A stretch of 64,000 bases of DNA from IMG/VR virus record IMGVR_UViG_3300035074_000077, positions 6,802 through 70,801 of that record; one strand, written 5' to 3'. The DNA comes from a virus. Shown one piece after another: positions 55,872 to 64,000 of the stretch (the stretch's first letter is position 1; every line of letters starts with the position of its first letter). The notes beneath the pieces were generated by a model. The model searched no databases. It worked only from the letters and a program-made list of their open reading frames with translations, and was not told the DNA's origin. The translations under genes were made by a program, and so were the position numbers.

Positions 55872-56980
55872 AGCTCACCGTCAACCGATCCGCGCTGCTG
55901 AAGGCGCTTGAGCCGGCGCGCCGCGTCTCGGAAGCGCGAAGCACGATTCCGATTCTCCTGAACGTCCTGCTGGCCGTCGAGAACGGAAAGCTCCGCATCG
56001 AGGCGTCAGACCTCGACATGGTGCTGAGCGTCGCCGTGGAGGCCCAGGTCGAGAGGGCCGGCTCTCTCACCGCTCCCGTGAGGACACTTTACGACCTGGT
56101 GCGAAAGCTCCCCGATGGCGCCTCGATCGCGCTCGAGGCGAGCGACGGGATGCTCCAGGTCCGCAGCGGGAGGACGCGGGCAAAGATCGCGACTCTGCCG
56201 GCGGGAGACTGGCCGGAAGTCATCAAGGATGACAACTGGCTGGCCCGCTTCAGCATGTCGCCGGACGTGTTCTCCGGTATGCTGGCGCGGACTGAGTTCG
56301 CGATCTCGTCAGAAGAGACACGCTACTATCTCAACGGCGCGTTTCTGCACTGCGTCGAGCTCGAGGGTCGGCGCGTGCTGCGCATGGTGACGACGGATGG
56401 TCACAGGCTCGCCAGGATCGAGACCGCAGCGCCAGAAGGGATCGCGGAAATGCCGGCCGTTATCGTCCCGCGGAAGGCCGGAGCGGAGATCGAGAAGCTC
56501 TGCAAGGGCGCGAGCGAGATCACGATCGCGCTGTCCTCGAACAAGATGCGCGTCGACATCGGCGATGTGCGGCTCTCGTCGAAGCTGATCGACGGCACCT
56601 ATCCCGACTATTCGCGCGTCATCCCGGAGAACGGCACGAAGATCGCGGTGGTCAACCGCGCTGCCTTCGCGGCAGCCGCCGATCGTGTCTCGGTCGTTTC
56701 GACTGAGCGCGGCCGCGCCGTGAAGCTCGCATTCGATCCGGGCCGGCTGGTTCTTTCCGTGACCGCATCGGACCAGAACTCGGCGGTCGAAGAGATCGAG
56801 GCCAATTACGACGGCCCGCCGATCGAGATCGGCTTCAACTCGCGATATCTCGCCGACATTTTGCAGACGATCGAGGGCGGAGAGGTCCGCGTGTCAATGT
56901 CGGATGCGGGATCGCCGGCGCTGTTGCAATCCACTGCGTCGAACGATCTTCTGATCGTGCTCATGCCGATGCGGATCTAA
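55868..56980 (+). CDS. dnaN: DNA polymerase III beta sliding clamp (phage copy)
   Basis: TIPILLNV, EETRYYLNG, TDGHRL, IDGTYPDY, IGFNSRY, LMPMRI. Confidence 0.95.
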   Translation: MKLTVNRSALLKALEPARRVSEARSTIPILLNVLLAVENGKLRIEASDLDMVLSVAVEAQVERAGSLTAPVRTLYDLVRKLPDGASIALEASDGMLQVRSGRTRAKIATLPAGDWPEVIKDDNWLARFSMSPDVFSGMLARTEFAISSEETRYYLNGAFLHCVELEGRRVLRMVTTDGHRLARIETAAPEGIAEMPAVIVPRKAGAEIEKLCKGASEITIALSSNKMRVDIGDVRLSSKLIDGTYPDYSRVIPENGTKIAVVNRAAFAAAADRVSVVSTERGRAVKLAFDPGRLVLSVTASDQNSAVEEIEANYDGPPIEIGFNSRYLADILQTIEGGEVRVSMSDAGSPALLQSTASNDLLIVLMPMRI

Positions 56981-56990
56981 GGAGGCAGCA

Positions 56991-57224
56991 ATGGCGAGCG
57001 GAACTGATGAGCACGTCCATTCAGCGCGTAACTGGACGCACTATGCCGGGGAGAGCTGCGGGAACGCGCTCGGCAACATCCTCGAAGCGCAGCGCCGAGC
57101 GGACGCCAGCGGCTCTTCGCCCGATAGCCTGAAGCAGGCGCTCAAAGACCTGGACGATGCCAGGGCGCACCTGATGCGCGCGTTGGTCCACTACGAGATG
57201 GCGGAGGAGACGGCCGATGGTTGA
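56991..57224 (+). CDS. Hypothetical protein
   Basis: AAGGAGG RBS. Confidence 0.6.
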   Translation: MASGTDEHVHSARNWTHYAGESCGNALGNILEAQRRADASGSSPDSLKQALKDLDDARAHLMRALVHYEMAEETADG

Positions 57225-57729
57225 GGTCCCGATCCCCTATGGCCTCAAGGCGCTCTCGATTCGCCAGCCGTGGGCGCACGCCATCATCTTTCTCGGCAAG
57301 CCGCTGGAGAACCGCACCCAGGCGAGCATCCGGCACATGAACTTCGCGGGCGTCGATCGCATCGCAATTCATGCGGCGAAGGGCATGACGCGCGACGAAT
57401 ATGATGACGCCGCGGGTTTCATTCGCAAGATGGTCGGGGTCTCCTGTCCGCCGGCGATCGAACTGGCGCGCGGCGGAATCATCGGGACGGCGCGCGTCGT
57501 CGGGATCGTGAAGGAGAGCAGGTCGCTATGGTTCTTCGGTCCGCGCGCGATCGTTCTTGCCGATCCGCAGCCATGCGACTTCATCCCGGCGCGCGGGCAA
57601 CTCGGCTTGTTCGACTGGGAGCCGGCTCCGCCGACCATTTTGCCGACGCCGGCAAAATGGATGCTGTCCGGCCGCGAGAGCAAGACCGGGATCGAGGCGG
57701 CGCGCTCTAACCCGGAGCTGCCGCTATGA
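57217..57729 (+). CDS. ASCH-domain protein
   Basis: ALSIRQPWA..GKPLENR..IHAA..GQLGLF. Confidence 0.85.
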   Translation: MVEVPIPYGLKALSIRQPWAHAIIFLGKPLENRTQASIRHMNFAGVDRIAIHAAKGMTRDEYDDAAGFIRKMVGVSCPPAIELARGGIIGTARVVGIVKESRSLWFFGPRAIVLADPQPCDFIPARGQLGLFDWEPAPPTILPTPAKWMLSGRESKTGIEAARSNPELPL

Positions 57730-58400
57730 CCGTCCCGACCATCGAAGAGATGAAGGCACAGATTGGTCGCGGAGCCGAGATCGAGCGGCGCGCCAGCGAT
57801 GGCTGGTTTGCCATCATCTACAAGACATGCGCCGAGGGCAGCAAGGCGGGTCATTTCGGGCTATACGAGGCGTTTTCGCCGCCCGACTGGCAAGAGGCGA
57901 CGGAAGCAACATTCCCGAACGGATGCGGGTCGCTCGTCCATCGAACGGCGGATGGCGGGATCACTGGGCTCCCTGGCGTCGTCCAGGCGTCGGCCGACGA
58001 TATCCGCTTCATGGAATTCGCGCGGGCGTTCGTGCCGCTCGCGATTCGGTTTATCGAAGCGCATCTGCCGGAGATCGAGAAGCGCGACGCCGAGCGACGC
58101 GACGAAGCCGAGTGGCGGAACAAGCGCGCTTTCGGCGCCGACCTGAACGACCCAGGCAATCGCTTGTCGCTCTTCTCTTGGGACCAGAGCACGCGAGCGG
58201 GGCTCCAGCTTCATGCGTGGAGAGAAGCGGAATATCGCCGGCTCACCAATAAGGCGCGCTTGATGCGCGCCGGCTGTTTCGATGATCGCGAGCGCATTTC
58301 GGACGAGTCATGGCGCAAGCGCAACGAGGAGATTTTCCGAGACGCGGAACAGGGCGCGGCGCTCGCGCAAGAAGCGCAGGAGGCACTGGCTCATGGCTGA
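57726..58400 (+). CDS. Hypothetical protein
   Basis: Coupled ORF, 224 aa. Confidence 0.55.
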   Translation: MTVPTIEEMKAQIGRGAEIERRASDGWFAIIYKTCAEGSKAGHFGLYEAFSPPDWQEATEATFPNGCGSLVHRTADGGITGLPGVVQASADDIRFMEFARAFVPLAIRFIEAHLPEIEKRDAERRDEAEWRNKRAFGADLNDPGNRLSLFSWDQSTRAGLQLHAWREAEYRRLTNKARLMRAGCFDDRERISDESWRKRNEEIFRDAEQGAALAQEAQEALAHG

Positions 58401-59187
58401 CCGCCCGATTATCTACTCTGCGCCGATGATCCGCGCGCTCCTCGATGGCCGCAAGACGATGACGCGGCACGTATTGAAGCCGCAGCCGCGGTCATTCACC
58501 CCGAATGTAATCGACATCGGCGTTCCGCATCAGAGCGAGTCGGGTGAGTGGGGCCAGGTCGAGACGATATGGTCGCCCCCATCATTCGCCAGCCCGCGCG
58601 GAGAGCCGCTGCGCGAGGAATGGCGTCCGCTGCGCCTTCCTGCCAAGACGGGCGATCGGATGTGGGTTCGCGAGAACCATCAATTTCGAGGTGCCGATTA
58701 CGGCGACTCGTATGGAGAAATTGAATGGTTCAGATGCTACGGCGGGAGTTCTGGAACAGATAGTTGGGACCCTGATTTTCCTGACGGATTCAGCCCAAGC
58801 GACCACGATGCGGTTAGATTGCTGACAGAGCCGGATGAGCAGGAAGGCGATGGAATAAAGGGCTACGTCACACGGTTGCGCCCATCCATCCACATGCCGC
58901 GGTGGGCGTCACGCCTCACGCTGATCGTGGAGGGCGTCAAGGTCGAGCGTTTGCAGGATATCAGCGAAGCGGATGCAATCGCAGAGGGCGCTCTTCTCGA
59001 GTACGGGGAAGACGCGTGCATTAGCGCACGCCGGGCGTTTGAGTTGATTTGGAAGCATCGGCATGGCGAAGACGCCTGGACCGCGAATCCCTTCGTCGCC
59101 GCCATCACCTCCCGCCCGATCCGCGCGAACATCGACACGCTGGACGCGCAAGGGCGCACGCTCGTCTGCGAAGAGGTGACGCCATGA
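58393..59187 (+). CDS. ASCH/PUA-like phage protein
   Basis: PIIYSAPMIRALLDGRKTMTR..WVRE..PSIHMPRWASR..ERLQDISEADA. Confidence 0.85.
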   Translation: MADRPIIYSAPMIRALLDGRKTMTRHVLKPQPRSFTPNVIDIGVPHQSESGEWGQVETIWSPPSFASPRGEPLREEWRPLRLPAKTGDRMWVRENHQFRGADYGDSYGEIEWFRCYGGSSGTDSWDPDFPDGFSPSDHDAVRLLTEPDEQEGDGIKGYVTRLRPSIHMPRWASRLTLIVEGVKVERLQDISEADAIAEGALLEYGEDACISARRAFELIWKHRHGEDAWTANPFVAAITSRPIRANIDTLDAQGRTLVCEEVTP

Positions 59188-61866
59188 CCGGGTACGAGAT
59201 CGAACGCGCGCTCGACAAGTTCGCCCGCAAGCAAGGCTTCCGTCCCGCTGACGCCTATTACATCGTTGGCGAGTTCAACCTACGCGAACCGAACGGGAAA
59301 TCGGTCTATTCGGATGAGGCGCATCTGTGGTGCCACAAATGCGCGGAGAAGCATCTGAAGCGAGCGCACCGTCTCATGTCGCGCGAGAAGCGCGCCGATC
59401 ATTTCGCCTGCCACACAGATGCGCGCGGCGAGGACACTACACGGGCCTGCATGAGGTGCGGAAAGCGATTGAACTACTCGCTGTCGAAATACGGGGTCGA
59501 GAGCGAACTCGAACATTTTGCCATGTATCCGCCGCATGCCCCGATCAGCGGCGGCGAGGCGTGGGATATCGCCCGCATTATCGAGGCTGCGCCGGAGAAC
59601 GAAGAAGCGCTGGCGCTCGGGCGCGCTGCGTTGGCTGCGATCGGGGTCGAATGCGAGGAGACGGCACCATGACGAAAAGTCTGCGCGAGCGCTGCAAGGA
59701 ATTCTATCAGCGCATGGGACAAAACGCGATGATGAGGCAAGGCGATCCGGTTGACGATCTGGTCGCTTTCGTTCTCGCCGAGCGCGGGCGCGCCGCCGAT
59801 GAACGTCTCGACGACGCTTTACCACTTTGCCTCTATTTCGGATCGAAGGCCGACCGTGACGAGTTCGTCGCGGCCGTGCGCGAGGCGAATCCCGGCATGG
59901 TCATGAAGGAAATGCCATGAAGCGTATCGACCTTCCAATGGCGCTCTTGTTCGGCTCCATCATTGCCGCTGTAATTTGGCAAGCCATCACGCCTGCCGGT
60001 GACAAGTGCCGTGCTGCAGGCGGACACTATTATCTTTTTGCGCCGCATTGCACGCGAATGATTGTCGAGAGGATTGAGCCATGACCGCGACCCTCACCCC
60101 ACGCGAGCGCGAACTCGCGATACACGCGCTCGGGCTCGACCGGCGCAAGTTCTCATATCGAAACTATTACGTCGTCGGCTCCGGCGACGATTACGCGACG
60201 TGGCGCGATATGGAGCAGCGCGGTCTCGCGGAGTCGTGGTTGCCGAAAGGGCAGACGATGGTTTGGTTCCGCCTCACCCACGCCGGCGCTCTCGCCGCGC
60301 TGGAGCCGGGGGAGACGTTGGACAGCGAGGACTTCCCGGGATGAATCGGCGCACTCTGAAAAAGCACTGTGCGCGAGCAATGCGGACGCTGATTGCCGAG
60401 CACGGCTACCGCGCCGATCAGTTTTCGCCGTCGAATGGGCAAGAATCCATCGATGCGCCGCATGGCATTGAGCCGCGCTTCGTTTGGAGGGGCTGGCTTC
60501 GGCCCGGGCCTCTTCGCGGGACGATGCTTCTATGGAAGAAAACATCTTACGAAACGGACGAATGGGAGCCGATACTGCCGACACAGATGCTCGCCGATAT
60601 TGAATTGTGGAGGAATTTCCCGCGATGACGGCGCCGCGACCTGCGTTGATCTATGAGCGCGCGCCGTGCCCGCGTTGTGGCGCGGCGACGGAAGACGAAG
60701 CAGGCACCAGATGCATGCCCACGCGAGATGAGACGGGAGAGGCGTTCTGTCCAGGCGAGACGACAGACTGCCATGGCTATTTTCTTTTCCCGACAGCGGA
60801 GAGCTTGGCGCGGGAAGCCGAGTGGTTCGATGCGCGAATTCCCGAGGGCGAGCGATGACGAAAGAGTTCGGCCACTTCTCTGCCGCCGCCAGCGGGGCCT
60901 ACATCGACGCATGGGGCGCCGGCCCGTTCACGATCCGCGTCGCGGGAAAGACATTCCGCTTCGAAGACAGCGACCGCTTCGGCCCCTATCTCGTAAGCAA
61001 GGACGGCGACATTCTCGATAAGCAGCCGCGAGAGGGCGCGCCGTTCTGGCGCGCGCATCGGATCTGGGTTCGGCAGGGCCGGCGCCTTGAAGGCGATGCG
61101 TGCATCTGGGATGAGCCGAAGCAAACGAAGGTCGTGAAGATCGCCGGGCGCCAGCATGTCGTGGTCGAGTGTGGCGAAGAGGACGGCGAGACGATCGTGG
61201 TCGAGGATGAGGCCGCGCGCGCCGCGATCATCGCGAAGCTCAGAAAGGGGAAGCCGTGATGGACAGGAAGAAACGCGTCCGCGACGCGGCGTCCATAGCA
61301 GACAAATACATCAGCCGAAGCGGCGCGCCAGCAGCGACGCGCGATGCTCCAGCTAGGACGCGTGCCGAACTGGCGTGGCGGGAAAATGCCGAAATCGTCC
61401 ATCCGGCTTTGCGCAAGCACCTTCGCTCGGACCCTGGCGCCGGATACGCTGTTTCCGCGCTGGAACGGATCGGGGATGCGATTGCCATCGACGAAGAGGA
61501 CGCGGCGCGCAAATGACCCGCCTCCCCTGCTGCGTCCCGTTCTGCCGGCGGGCCACGCGAGACGACGGCCGATTCTCGGAATGGATTTGCGGCGCGCACT
61601 GGCGGCTCGTCGACAAGAAGCTGAAGCGGATGAAAAAACAATCTGATGACGCCTTCCGCCGTGCCGACGACGAATGCGAGGCGATCAACCGCGAGGGCTA
61701 CGAGTTCGCGCTCCAGCATGACGGCGGGGTCGCCGAGGAAATCATCGCCCGGATCGGCGTGGCGATGGAGAGGCGGCGTCGCAAGCTGCGGCAGGCTTGC
61801 CGGCTCTGGGAGCGCTGCAAGCGCCAGGCGATCGAGCGGGCGCTCGCCGGCGGTAGTGAAGCGTAG
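59184..61866 (+). other. Run of small genes (59184-59672, 59669-59920, 60081-60344, 60341-60628, 60625-60858, 60855-61259, 61256-61516, 61513-61866)
   Basis: Mostly ATGA/GTGA-coupled same-strand ORFs, several with Cys pairs. Confidence 0.6.
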
Positions 61867-61981
61867 TGGAGCGTAATGAAGATGGTCCGGGAGATCGATT
61901 GCGACACACCGCTGGCCCTGCCCTCCCCTGTGAGGATCGGGGATATCTGCCGAGGCGCCGCAGGGTCAGGGAGGGCGCGCC

Positions 61982-62347
61982 GTGACGCATGACGCCAGAT
62001 TATCCGCGGCTCTGCTCTCGACCGCGGCGGCGGCGGGGCTGCTCGGCGTGTCCGAACGGCAGTTGCGCGAGCTAATCCGGGGCGGGAAACTGCCCTATGT
62101 CAATGTCGGGCTCGCCGAGCGCCCGGCCTATCGGCTCCGCCCGGCCGATCTCGAGGCGTTCATTCAGCTGCGGACCAGCCTGTCATGTCCAAAGTCAAAG
62201 GCCTCTACCAAAGATCCGGCGTCGGCGAATGGCTCTATGACCTCCAGATCCGAGGTCATAGATTTTGCGGCTCGACGGGCGCAACGACCCGGCGGGACGC
62301 CGAAAAATGGATCACGGCCTTCCGGAAGGCGAAGGAAGCCGAAGTAG
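61982..62347 (+). CDS. Excisionase-like HTH_17 protein
   Basis: LLSTAAAAGLLGVSERQLRELIRGGKL..RLRPADLEAFI; GGAGG RBS. Confidence 0.85.
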   Translation: MTHDARLSAALLSTAAAAGLLGVSERQLRELIRGGKLPYVNVGLAERPAYRLRPADLEAFIQLRTSLSCPKSKASTKDPASANGSMTSRSEVIDFAARRAQRPGGTPKNGSRPSGRRRKPK

Positions 62348-63330
62348 CGGAATTCAGCGGCGAAGGCCCGATGAGCTTCGCCGTCGCCTCCACTCGCTGG
62401 TGGAACGAGCGCGGCCAGCATCGCAAGGACAGCCGGGACATCGAGCGGTTTTTGGCTTGGCTGCAGACGCAGATCGGCCAGCGCACGCGCATCGACGCGA
62501 TCGACGACAACATGCTCGCGCGCCTGGTGGCGGCCCGCCGCGCCGAGGGCGTCTCGCCGGCGACGGTCAACCGCTCCGTCACCGAGCCGCTGCGCGCGAT
62601 CCTCGCCCGCGCCGCGCTCTGGGGGCAGCGCGTCGCGCGGGTCGAATGGGGCGCCCACAAGCTCGCCGAAGCGCAGGAACGCATCCGGGAGGCGTCGCAA
62701 GCGGAGGAAACGGCGCTGTTCGCCGCGCTGCGCCCCGATTTTCGGCCGATCCTGCGTTTCCTGCTCATCACCGGCCTGCGGCGGGCGGAAGCCTGCGGGC
62801 TGAAATGGTCGCAAGTCGATTTCGACGGCGCCCGGCTGCTCGTGCACGGCAAGGGCGGGACGGTCGATTATCTGCCGCTGCCGGATTCGGCGCTAGCGAT
62901 CCTGCGCGGCGAGCGGGGCCGGCACTCGACCATGGTCTTCACCTATGAGGCGACCGGGAAGCTCAAGGATCGCCATCCGTCGCTCAGGAAGGGCGAGCGC
63001 GTGCCGATTAAGCCGGACACCCTCTCGACCGCCTATTGGCGGGCGAGGCGGGCCGCCGGGCTCGCGGAGGCCGATCTAAGGCTACACGATATTCGCCACA
63101 CCGCCGCGACGCGCCTGACGCGCGACAGCGGCAATCTGAAGCTGACGCAGAAGATGCTCCGGCATAAGCGGATCACGACGACGGCGCGCTACGCCCATGC
63201 GACAGAGGACGATTTGCGGGCGGCGATGAATAAGACCGCGCCGGTGGCGGCTCCCGTCGCCGAGGCGGATGCGGGGAATCCCGTCGCCGCGGGCGGGGAG
63301 GTCAAGTCGACGACCCGAACAAAAAAATGA
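62185..63330 (+). CDS. int: Tyrosine integrase
   Basis: TGLRRAE, KGG, HDIRH, H..TTARY catalytic set. Confidence 0.95.
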   Translation: MSKVKGLYQRSGVGEWLYDLQIRGHRFCGSTGATTRRDAEKWITAFRKAKEAEVAEFSGEGPMSFAVASTRWWNERGQHRKDSRDIERFLAWLQTQIGQRTRIDAIDDNMLARLVAARRAEGVSPATVNRSVTEPLRAILARAALWGQRVARVEWGAHKLAEAQERIREASQAEETALFAALRPDFRPILRFLLITGLRRAEACGLKWSQVDFDGARLLVHGKGGTVDYLPLPDSALAILRGERGRHSTMVFTYEATGKLKDRHPSLRKGERVPIKPDTLSTAYWRARRAAGLAEADLRLHDIRHTAATRLTRDSGNLKLTQKMLRHKRITTTARYAHATEDDLRAAMNKTAPVAAPVAEADAGNPVAAGGEVKSTTRTKK

Positions 63331-63339
63331 GCATCGGCA

Positions 63340-63819
63340 ATGGCAAAAGCAAGAAACAGAATATATCAGCGAATGACAAAATTTGAACCGAAGGAATTTA
63401 TTTACGCAATCAGATGTGGCGCATTTGTAAAGATCGGCCGCACCACAAACCCTGCGAACAGGGTAGCCGCTATCCGCTTGAATAATCCAATGGACCTGCA
63501 TTTAGTCGCATATGTTGCGGCCCCTGGTAGATATGCAGCCATGTTTGAAAGAACCGCGCACTCAAAACTGAAAAATCATCACCACTGCGGGGAGTGGTTC
63601 TGCGCAAACTCGGTGATTATTATTGGCGCTCTAGAGGAGACAAAAAGGGAGATGATGGCACTGCAACGCGCGGCTCCGCGCGAAGATGGCGATTATCGAA
63701 TCGGCCATATGGCGTTCGGAACAGTCATGCGGAATCCATTTGGATTGGAATGTTGCCCGCAGGTCAGAACCTACGTGTCGAATCCCGTAGACGCTGTTGG
63801 CGGCAGCCGTAAGACTTAG
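63340..63819 (+). CDS. T5orf172/GIY-YIG domain protein, low GC
   Basis: FIYAI..VKIGRT..NR..E..H..GEWF. Confidence 0.75.
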   Translation: MAKARNRIYQRMTKFEPKEFIYAIRCGAFVKIGRTTNPANRVAAIRLNNPMDLHLVAYVAAPGRYAAMFERTAHSKLKNHHHCGEWFCANSVIIIGALEETKREMMALQRAAPREDGDYRIGHMAFGTVMRNPFGLECCPQVRTYVSNPVDAVGGSRKT

Positions 63820-63852
63820 ATTTTATTGATAGAAATAGGCTTACGGCAAGCG

Positions 63853-63891
63853 GCTTGGGAAGCTGTCGTTCTACCACTGAACTACGCCCGC
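63853..63891 (-). pseudogene. 5' half of tRNA-Gly(CCC) at prophage junction (att site)
   Basis: GCGGGCG TA GTTC AGTGGTA GAAC G ACAGC TTCCCAA GC, then no T arm or acceptor 3' strand. Confidence 0.85.
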
Positions 63892-63904
63892 GCTCGGCGA
63901 GAGA

Positions 63905-63936
63905 TATTGTGCACGCGTCGAAGCCGGGTGGCAAGC
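63905..63936 (-). promoter_or_regulatory. Probable host tRNA promoter
   Basis: TTGCCA-N17-CACAAT shortly upstream of the tRNA 5' end. Confidence 0.5.
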
Positions 63937-64000
63937 GGCGAAAGCCGACCTTTGCTCGACCTTCGCCGACGCGCTCGCCTCCGCCGCGCTCGCCATGGTA

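Larger units (their letters stand above)
1..63853. mobile_element. Integrated temperate prophage (siphovirus-like), left end outside window
   Basis: Ordered tail-head-terminase-replication-immunity-recombination-xis-int modules ending at a tRNA-Gly fragment. Confidence 0.95.

Noticed and set aside
55868-56980. dnaN as a host chromosomal gene marking the prophage end
   Set aside because: GTGA-coupled within phage early genes, no dnaA/recF/gyrB neighbours, and the integrase lies further right
63845-63940. GGCAAGCGGC repeated either side of the tRNA fragment as a target duplication
   Set aside because: Only 10 bp, and the right copy coincides with the tRNA -35 region; it does not bracket a mobile element
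1-64000. Lysis cassette, reverse transcriptase/DGR, IS transposase, introns
   Set aside because: No recognisable motifs; lysis genes probably lie left of the window

Overview
Almost the whole window (1 to about 63853) is one GC-rich temperate siphovirus-type prophage. The host is probably an alphaproteobacterium (inferred from GapR-like, DUF6362-like and NrdJ-tail genes and CtrA-box-like sites). From right to left: a tRNA-Gly(CCC) 5' half at the right junction; a GIY-YIG gene, tyrosine integrase and excisionase; a + strand early operon (RecE/RecT-like pair, DnaQ-like exonuclease, HNH, J-domain, WYL, beta clamp, ASCH, many small ORFs); an immunity region (cI, cro, 12-bp operators, a lipoprotein and an unexpected iteron-bearing Rep-like gene); a - strand early/middle operon (GapR-like, ThyX, RuvC-like, three methyltransferases, DUF5131, primase, AAA helicase, DUF6362-like); a hairpin-dense leader with tRNA-Thr(CGU); then terminase, portal, scaffold, capsid, neck, MuF-JAB, tail, tape measure and tail-tip genes that run off the left edge. 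Lysis genes and the left att site are not in the window. The strongest leads are a plasmid-like Rep/iteron/antisense-RNA module inside the immunity region, about 1.2 kb of ornate RNA structure around the tRNA, a stand-alone copy of the class II ribonucleotide reductase C-terminal tail, a MuF-JAB fusion, and an integration junction that does not restore the tRNA 3' half. All family names come from recognising motifs by eye; no database search was run.
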